Positions 49,532 to 58,691 of a DNA stretch of 58,691 bases are shown here, piece by piece. Each line of letters begins with the position of its first letter. The stretch's first letter is position 1. This DNA comes from Chara braunii (lineage: Eukaryota; Plantae; Charophyceae), in NCBI GenBank assembly GCA_003427395.1, contig BFEA01000012.1, positions 3,227,744 to 3,286,434 on the forward strand. Reading direction: 5' to 3'. The notes under the pieces are model-generated. The model saw nothing but the letters and a program-made list of their open reading frames with translations, did not search any database and was not told where the DNA came from. A program made the position numbers and the translations under genes.

Positions 49532-52500
49532 GTTAAACTGAGTTTGCTACATTTCCTCTTCCTTTGCCTGTGCCTTTCCATAATCGACCCCTCAGATTCA
49601 ATCTGGGCACTGCCTCTGCCGCACAGGAGGATATGTTGTGCGTGCCCTTCGAGGGTGTTGGTATTGGCCCCAGCCATTCTTTAGGGACCAGAAGCTCCTC
49701 AGCTATGAGGCTCTGACAGTCAGAGCAGGCCGCTGGACGTGTCTTAGCGCCAGATAGTGCTCGGAACAGGGGACGGGTACGACACAGGAGGGGACAACAC
49801 AAATGGCGGGAAGTAAGAGAGAGGGTTAGCTAGTAGTTTTTCGGACGCAAGATGCATGTCATCATTGCCATGGACAATTAGTCCATGAGGTCTTTCACAC
49901 AAGGGTGCGCTTGCAAAAGACTACATGAGAAAGTGAACGTGGACGTTTCTCACGGTTTCCTTCCCTCTCCCTCTCCCTCACTACTCGATGGTAACGAAGA
50001 TAAAACAACTCAAATCTCTTCTTTCATTTTTCTGCTTTGTTCATATGAATACAATCGCCACAACTCCCGATGCCACACACACAAAGAACTCACAGACATG
50101 GGATGCCCATTGTGGCTGGTAAGTAGATCTACTACTCGATGCTAAGTATGTCCCATGGGGAACGGCTTGCCCACTATTCTTCTTTGCTTTCATCTGTGCA
50201 TCGAGAAAGAGCACCACACGACTGGATACACAAATTAGAGGCCGCAGAAGCAGGGCCTAGGCACTCGAATTACTTCCCTGAGAGAACGAGAGAACGAGAG
50301 AACGAGAGAGCCTTCGTCTCTGCATGGCTATTCTGTCCATAGTGAAGGCAGCATCAGTGTTAGTTCACTCGACACATCAACTACGCTTCGCTGCGTTGGT
50401 TGGCTAAGGGGGAGGCTATACTTCTATCACATGGTTGGAGACTTCGAATGTACTTTGCTCATATGCTTGACTGAGAGAGGCACCGCCGCTCATTGCTCCA
50501 CTTGTGTTCCCTAATAAAGACAACGGACGACTACAGTGACATCAACGTCTGTACGTGTGTGTGCCAGGGCAAACCAGTCAGACCCTAATTTTGCCCTTCT
50601 TTTCTCATAAGGGCTGTGTATGTGCAAGTACAAACCCATCAAACCCTATTCTTTCTTTCTTTCTTTTGTCATAAGGGGATCAACGTCCGTGCGTGTGTGC
50701 CAGGGCAAACCCGTCAGACCCTAATTTTCTCCTCCTTTGCTCATAATAAGGGCTGTGTCTGTGCAAGTACAAACCAATCAAACCCTATTCTTTCTTTCTT
50801 TTGTCATAAGGGGGTAGCCCCTGGCCTTTCTGTATCCAGCAGGATCCAGTCCCTTTTTATCTGTTTATCAACAGCTACGGGTGTCTACCCTATATAGCCA
50901 CCGGAAGGTACAAAAATCCTAATATAAACAAATTATACAGCTCATGTGGTTTACAATCGACCAAACTCTGAACTTCATTTTCAGCCAATCAGGCTTTTCT
51001 ACTCACCTAGCACCCTTTCCTTTCCATCTCCATCTCCACTTCATTCCCTTTCATCTCTATCCCCACTTTGTTCCTTCTTGTTGCTGTTTGCATCTATCTT
51101 CATTCCTAGTTAGCTTACTTCGAATTTCGCGACTTTCTAGTACCCATCGGCGCCGCCTTTCAGGATTTCCTTAGGGACCAATTCACTCTGCGCAGATTGA
51201 CAGACCGCAACCCTTGCACTGTCGGTGGTGCTCCTCCTCCTCCTCTTCCACCCCTTTCCACTCGCCATCAACATGTGTTATAATCTCCGTTTCCACTTGC
51301 CCGTCCACTGCATTTCCACCCCATTTCCACGCATCTCCGTATCCACTCCGTTGCCGTTCCATCTCCATCCCATCTCCGCCTCCACGGCAGGCCCTTTCAT
51401 TTCCCCCCAGTCCGTTCCCCATTTTATTATTACCTACCTATAATGAACCTTTCCAATTCCTATGCACAACAACACATAATAGAGCAAAAAATATAAAGAA
51501 ACACAAAAGTCAAAAGAGCAACCACATGACCGTGCTATTAAAAAAAAAACAACGCAATGCAACTCAAAGAACAAAGCCAACCCTTTTCAGTTCCCCCCTC
51601 GAGCCATGAAAACAACCAGAGAACCAGCACATCTCCGTCCTTTCGCTATCCTCTCTCTCTCTCCTTTCTGTCCTCCGTGTTCTTTCTCTTCCATTCCTTT
51701 CTTTGTCCTTTCAGCCCTTTCTTTGCCCGTCCACTCCGAGTTAACCTTTCTCTGTCATTTCTGTCCTTTCTGTCCTCTGTTCTTTCTCTATCATTCCTTT
51801 CTCTGTCCTCCTTTCTCCGCCCTTCCTTCCTCTGTCCTTTCTCTGCTCTTGCTTTTTCTATCATTTCTCTGCCCTTTCTCTGTCTTTCTCTTACTATCAA
51901 TCCCGCCAAAGCATGCCACCCCAACCCGCCTCCATGACCAACCACATTGGACAGAATTGAAATCCCCTTCAAACATCCCCCCACCAGAAACCAGAACCAA
52001 TTCCAGAACGGGAGACCACATCCGTCTCCCTGCGCCCCCCCCCCCCCCCCCACCCCCCCCTCCCTCTCCAATCCTCCCCCAACCCCCAGCCACAATACAC
52101 GTCATTGACAATCAACGGCCCTCCCACATTCCCATCATCACCACAAACATTACTATTTTTTGCATTTTCTTCCGTATGATAATCATCATGATCATCACAA
52201 TCAACAATCACCACATCATCATTATCAAAGGAATCATTGTCATCGCCATCATCAATTATCAGACAGCAATCACACATACATCATGGTCAAAAAACAGTTC
52301 TCCACTCTGTTGGCACAGGACAAACTGAAGAGGCATGCCTGTCCATTAGATACGCTTCCACATACGCATCGCTACAAACAAGAGATGCGCACGCAAAAAC
52401 AGGAGATTCGCACAAGGAACTTTTCCACTCGATAATGTAAATTCAGCTTTCCTTCATGGAAAACAAGGGGGGGGGAGGGGGGGGGGGGACATACAAGCCA

Positions 52501-53574
52501 GACACGCAAACAACCCACCCACCCACCCACCCACCCACCTACAATAACAATCCTTAAATTCAGTGTGCTTCACGAAAACACATCATGATAGACCCACCAC
52601 ACAGCCCTTGCGCACAAACACGAGCCAACATAAAAGGGGGTAGAAGGGTGATGACACCAGCCCTGCACACGGACACGGCCCAACATAAAAGGTGGTAAAA
52701 GGGTGACGGCACCACCCCTGCACACGAACACGACCCACATAAAAAGAGGAAAAAGGGTGACTGAGTGAGCACCACACACAAACACTACCCGCATCGAAGG
52801 GGGTAGAAGGGTGAGGGAGTAGCCCCGCACACAAACACGACCCACATAAATGAGCGAGCAGCCCTGCACACGAACACAACCCACATAAAAAGGGAACAGA
52901 AGGATGAGGGAGCCAGCACCGCACACAAACTCGACCCACATAACAGGAGGTAAAAGAGCGGAGCCAGTATGGACGGGGAACGGGAACAGAACATGGAGCG
53001 CAGCAACAAGATGAAGGGGGAAACCCAATTAAAGAGAAGCGAAAAGGGAGCAAAAAGGGAGTATCGATCGAAAGCATATCACGGGCGGGTCTCAGAAAAC
53101 GCATCATGGTTTTCCAAAAAAAAAAAAAACACAAAACATCATGGTTTTCGAAGAAGAAAAACACATCATGGGTTTTCAAGAAACACATCAACGATTCAAA
53201 AGCACATCTTCATCCTTCTCTCTGCACATTCTTCACATCATATTCCCATCCGGCGTGAATCTTATCGATCGCCATCGCCATCCATTGACATCGCCATCGC
53301 CATCCATCGCCATTTTGCTTTGCATAGTCATCATTGGCGGCATCATCATGAAGAAGGTATCGCGAGATCTGACGGCTTCTGGAGGCAGAAGGTTCATCAT
53401 CCTTACATGTTCGAAATTCCCCCTGTGATCCATACACCCGCCTGTGCGTTAGACAATCGCCCACCTCCATTCATCATCATAACTCACCAATCATCATTCA
53501 TCAATCACGACTGACCAATCATCAGTCATCACCATCATCAGCATCACCATCATTTCATGCCTCAGCAACCCGTT

Positions 53575-53622
<48 letters not shown>

Positions 53623-54745
53623 CCAAACAAGACACCACTGGCGCCAGACAACCCCCCACTGCATGTGTATATGATGGTCAGCAGAAGTTAAAACATAGTA
53701 GAATTTCGCCTAGACTACTATTTAAGGGGCCCCCTCTTTTTCACCCGAGATCTCCTGAAGGAGCTGGTAGAACGCGTTACGAGGCCTTAGGGGTGTGTGC
53801 AGGTACGAGGCGGGTGTGAGGCAGGTGTGAGGCAGGTGTGAGGAGGCTGTGAGGCAGGTGTGAGGAGGGCATGAGGAGGGTATGAGGAGGGTGGGAGGAG
53901 GGAGAGGGAAGTCCCATACAGCTCTTCCTCGTCCCACCATCCCATCCAAATGGCGGTGTATTAAATAAAATTTAAAAACTACGTCCGAGGAGGCACCAGA
54001 AGATGAAAACACAAATCCCACTTGGAAACCTGTAGTCCCCGGCCAAGCTCCGGGAACAGGCCCCCGGAAAAGGTGCGAAAAGAAACTGTTGCAGTGTCGC
54101 CAATCAGGTCTGGTTGGGATACCGGCCCAGGCTCGGGCGCCCACAACAAAAAATTGAGTGGCTTCCTTTTCTTCACAACCAATAGATTTGCCAGTAAACT
54201 TTACTATTACATAATAATAATAACAAAATAGACAATAATTTTTACTAATTAAAATTTATGAATAATTTAACATTAATAAAAACAAAGTCGCCAGTGATCT
54301 CTCTTAATTTGTAGCTACACGCAATTACGACTGATAGATGCCCTGGCTGGCGGCAATGTTCGTCGTCGGGCCATAGTCACGACTGGATTGCATGGAATGA
54401 ATGTGACCATTAAGGCGGCCAGGCGACGAGGCATACTCAGGGTTGACTGCCCACAGAACTTAGATACATAGCCATCTTTTTTATAAACGTAACTCCGACA
54501 GAGACATTTACGCAGACGCCATAAGCGACACTCAAGAAGTTACTCACACGAGGAGAGGACTTTTCCAGTTGCCCGAAGCCGATTGCACTCTATTGATGTT
54601 TTTTTCTTTCCCTAAAGCCATCGCTGTCTGTCTTTTCTTCCTGAAGCGCTTGCTCTCTGCGAGGAGAGAACATCATCAGTGATGCAAAAAATAGGGTTGA
54701 TTAATTTTTCCTGAAGCGCGCCATCCCGTTCGATTCGATCTCGAG

Positions 54746-54754
54746 TTAGGGTTT
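54746..54754 (-). promoter_or_regulatory. Telo-box (AAACCCTAA), possibly near the 5' end of the RRM gene
   Basis: Exact motif upstream of a candidate ATG exon (54621 to ~54548, donor gtgagt); link to the gene is inference. Confidence 0.25.
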
Positions 54755-54920
54755 TGGAAATAAGCAGCCTCTGCAACAGGTGAGAAAAGACGAAGAGGGG
54801 GGGAGGGCGGGGGGAGGGCAGACCACCTTTTCTTCACGTTTGCGCGAACTGTTCGGAGAACAAATCCCTGTTTTCGTTTTTTTTTCCTTCTTTTCGAGAA
54901 GAGGGTTGGAACAACAGCAG

Positions 54921-55660
54921 CCGCGGTAACACGGTTGCCTGGTCTTACCGTGGTAAGACCACGGCTCCTGTTACACCGTTGTGTGGTCTTACCACGGTAA
55001 GACACGGTTGTCTGGTCTTGCCACGGTAACCCACGCTTGTCTGGCCTTGCCTTGGTTAACACGGTTGTGTGGTCTTGCCACGGTAAAGTTAACAAGGTTG
55101 TGTGGTCTTACCGTGGTAACACGGTTGTGTGGTCTTACCGTGGTTAACACGGTTGTGTGGTCTTACCGTGGTTAACACAGTTGTGTGGTCTTACCGTGGT
55201 AACACGGTTGTNNNNNNNNNNNNNNNNNNNNNNNNNNNNNNNNNNNNNNNNNNNNNNNNNNNNNNNNNNNNNNNNNNNNNNNNNNNNNNNNNNNNNNNNN
55301 NTCTTACCGTGGTAACACGGTTGTGTGATCTTACCGTGGTTAACACGGTTGTGTGGTCTTACCGTGGTTAACACGGTTGTGTGGTCTTACCGTGGTAACA
55401 CGGTTGTCTGGCCTTGCCGTGGTTAACACGGTTGTAACACGGTTGTGTGACCTTGCCGTGGTAACACAAATGGCGTTCCACTCTTCAAGACCGTGTCCTG
55501 GCTGTGGTGATTCAGAGACTTGGCTCTTGAGGCCCGCGGGCGCCGGTTCACTTAGGAGGGCTTGGGCCCAGATTGTACGGATCCATAACTATTGTGTGGT
55601 CTTGCCGTGGTACCAGTGGTATTGCCGTGGTACCAGAGGTCTTGCCGTGGTACCACGGTT
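54921..55660. repeat. Minisatellite, ~27-28-bp unit, spans an N gap
   Basis: (ggttgtgtggtcttaccgtggt[t]aacac)n. Confidence 0.9.
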
Positions 55661-56994
55661 TGTTTCACAAGTGTCGGGATGAGATTCATCCATAAGTGTA
55701 TTGCCGTGGGGACACGGTGGTGGTGTGGTCTTGCTGTGAGTCAATTTGCTGACTTCATCTTCATCATCGTCATCATCATCATAATCATCATCATCATCAT
55801 AATCATGATGATAACAGGAGCGGAGAAACGTGTTACCACGGCAAATTCGAAAACAAAAAGATGATGATGTCGTTTTGAAGTCAGCGTAGAAGATGATTCT
55901 TCTACGCTCGACGGATTGGTCGATCTTTGAAAACCGTCTTTTTTATATTTCAACGATTTTTGATTTATTAATTTGTCTTCTTATTTTAATTAATAAATGA
56001 AATAATAACGTAGTTTGTGAACAGAGAACTGAGCTAGCCGCCAGATTCGCTGTATTTCTTCAACATCAACAGAGAAGAGATCGATCAAAGCTGTGTGCCC
56101 AGATTCGCTTTTTAGGTAGAGACAAAATAAATATTCCTGAGCTAAGCCACCAGATTCGCTGTATCCAGAATTTTCCAAAGGAAAAATCTTTTCTCTCTAA
56201 TTTAAAAAAAAGGAATATTCCTCTTCTCTCTACCTATAACACACATCCACCGAAAGCAGGGCCAAGTGTTGAATCGGCAATTTCTAGGATTTACATCACA
56301 CACGTCATCAACTCCTAAGCAACCGGGTACGTATATAAATATATAGATATACATAAAATATATATTGTCACAAGAGTATCAGAGCGCAAAAACGAAAAAA
56401 AAAAAAAAAAAGCAAGAAAACAAGGAAAAAATGAATTCGTTTTTTTAATCTTCTTCCTTACAACTCCCCCTGTTCAGAACCTCTTGCGGACAAGGCCGCC
56501 CACATGGATGTAGGTGTAGGTTGGACCGGCGGCTGCCCCCACCCCCGTGTGCCATATCTACCCACTTGCACACAGCCAAAAGGCAAAGAGGCAAAGAAAA
56601 GAGGAACGGAACAGCCAAATCAAATAAAATGTCTATGTATGTATATATGGATATAGCCAATCACGGGGAGTGAGTGTGTTGTATACATACTAGTATATAC
56701 ATACACATACACACGATAGATCTGCTGTTCTGCATCTCTGTGTAAAACACGTCCAGATTCAGGCGGTTCATCCAACAATCCTCTTTGCAAGTGGGGGACC
56801 TCGCCCCAGATGATGGAACTTCATTGACGACTAAAATCAAATATTTCTGAATATTTCTTAATATTTCTTAATATTTCTTTAATATTTCTTAATATTTCCT
56901 CTTTGGCCGGGGCCGGTCAGCGCAATGATGATAGCTCAAGGCCGTCGCCCTTCAAAAAAAAAAAAAGGGCAAAACAGATAAGTCGGTTGCAACC

Positions 56995-57325
56995 CCGACG
57001 AAAGTCTGTCGCAGGCCCTCGTTTGGGGGGGTCTTCTTCTCCCTCCCTCTCTGCCTGCCTCCGGTTTACCTACCGCGCAGTTCTCAATGAGAATGCAAAC
57101 ATACATATAGGCCCTAATTTTGGGGGTCTTCTTCTCCCTCCCTCTCTGCCTGCCTCCGGTATACCTACCGCGCAGTTCTGTTTGATGATATGTATAAATA
57201 CTGTATATAGTCAAACAGAGGAGCTGCCCGATAAACCGTAGTAGGCAGAGAGGGAGAAGGGAGAAGAGGACAAGAAACGAGGGGGGGCTGTGACAAATTG
57301 TCTTGGAAGGGGTTTCACCGAATAT
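56995..57325. mobile_element. Degenerate tail-to-tail copies of the hammerhead-repeat 3' module
   Basis: ccctcgtttg..ctctctgcct..cggtttacc on +, and its reverse complement at 57205-57320. Confidence 0.6.
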
Positions 57326-58691
57326 GAGCCTCTCGACACACCACCCTCGAAATGTGAAAACGACAAAAATGTGGAGGGTGCATCTGGCCGTGTTCTAGCG
57401 GAAAGTTCATTCTCATTTTGCAGGTTTCGAGAGTGGCGTGGCGATGCCCTATATAAGAGAAAATCAATTGCTATTGCCCACAATCGTAATTTATCATCCC
57501 AGAGGCAATGCAGAGGAAAATTAACCAAAAAAAAAAAAAAAAAAAAAAGGCCATTCGTTACCAATTCATCCGTCCATCCATTGGGCCTGATGATGAATCA
57601 CCCACACCAGGGGCGAGGTCCCGCTCGCGAAGAGCATTGAATTAAGCGCCTGAATCTGGATGTCTTTCATGCACAGATGCAGAAAAAAAATATCGAGATC
57701 GATTTTCTGCACCTATACATGACCACGTCCAGATTCAGTTTGCTAGTGGGACCTCGCCCCGCGAATCTGGGATTTAAAATGTCACCCACATCTGTGCGTC
57801 TACTTTTCGATTTAATAGTATCGTCAACGATTTGTGTAGCCATAAATTGTAATTTTTATATTTTTTCATCAATTTTATTTTTTCATCAAAATTTGTTAAT
57901 TTTCCATATTGTGTATTATAATAAATATATACATCGTTTTTGTTCAACAATCCTTCAAGCCATTTTTCGACTTTTATAACGCTGCCTCATCTGCTGCTCC
58001 TAGCACATATTTGGCGCTGGATTCTTCAATAAAGGGCCTGGACTGATGGCTTTCCAGACTATTGCTGAAAAAGGGGGCAAAAAATGCTTCCTTTTTTTTT
58101 TTTTTTTTAATTGCACATCAAACAAAAATGCGCTCGGAACCAATTGGTGACGAAACCTCCATTTTTTTGGGTATAAAAATTTGTTAAAAAGTCGTTAAAA
58201 AGTTGTTAAAAACTTATTAAAAAGTTAAAAACGACTGAATTGTTTTTTTTTCTCTTTTTTATTTCCTTGGATTGTTTCGTTGATCAGCACATAATACATA
58301 ATACATAATTTATTGTCACCTAATACATAATATATACATACATATACTAAGACCCAATCATATTGAAATATCATTACTAGGTATTATTATCATAACTTAA
58401 AAATAAATAAAATAGCTCTTAATTATTTAAACTCACATCGCTAACACGTGGCAACCCCCAACTCACATAGCACCCACTGACAATCTGGCCTTAAAAAAAA
58501 AAAAGAAAGACACAGGACCGATCGCAGACGATGTGAATTTACAAGAATTTCAAGAAAGAAATTCGGATATTCATGCTCAGCAACACATCGTCACATACAT
58601 ACATGATACATACATTATATACCGACCAGGTCCATAAACGGCAATTTATTCACAGTCACATTCAACAAAAAAAAAAAAAAAAAAAAAAAAA

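Noticed and set aside
51606-53514. ORFs of 150-240 aa
   Set aside because: Low-complexity pyrimidine, ATC and tandem-repeat sequence with no domain signal
54921-55470. CRISPR-like regular repeats (also 12690-13080)
   Set aside because: Contiguous units without unique spacers, no cas genes, eukaryotic context; these are minisatellites

Overview
Repeat-rich eukaryotic genomic DNA with large introns, many microsatellites and 8 multi-base N gaps. The plant-type genes and repeat landscape suggest a streptophyte alga such as Chara (inference). Two convergent intron-containing genes are supported. The first is the 3' part of a plant-type D-3-phosphoglycerate dehydrogenase on + (5 exons, 2453-16894; N-terminus not in window). 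The second is a three-RRM RNA-binding protein on - (at least 10 well-supported exons, 33004-48699; ends uncertain), which I reconstructed by splice phase; it appears to use a non-canonical GA-AG intron. The most notable non-coding signal is a dispersed non-coding repeat family carrying a type III hammerhead ribozyme. One copy is intact (24678-24735, -) and about 7 are decayed or truncated. The family has two subfamilies, complementary loop I/loop II sequences, (TA)n association and 5' truncations just downstream of the predicted cleavage site, consistent with a retrozyme or non-autonomous Penelope-like element. Also present: three intronic, host-sense U6 snRNA pseudocopies, a tRNA-derived SINE family, and at least three MITE families (TA-ended hairpins, hAT-like with 8-bp TSDs, TTAA-flanked). 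Most ORFs in the supplied track are spurious.
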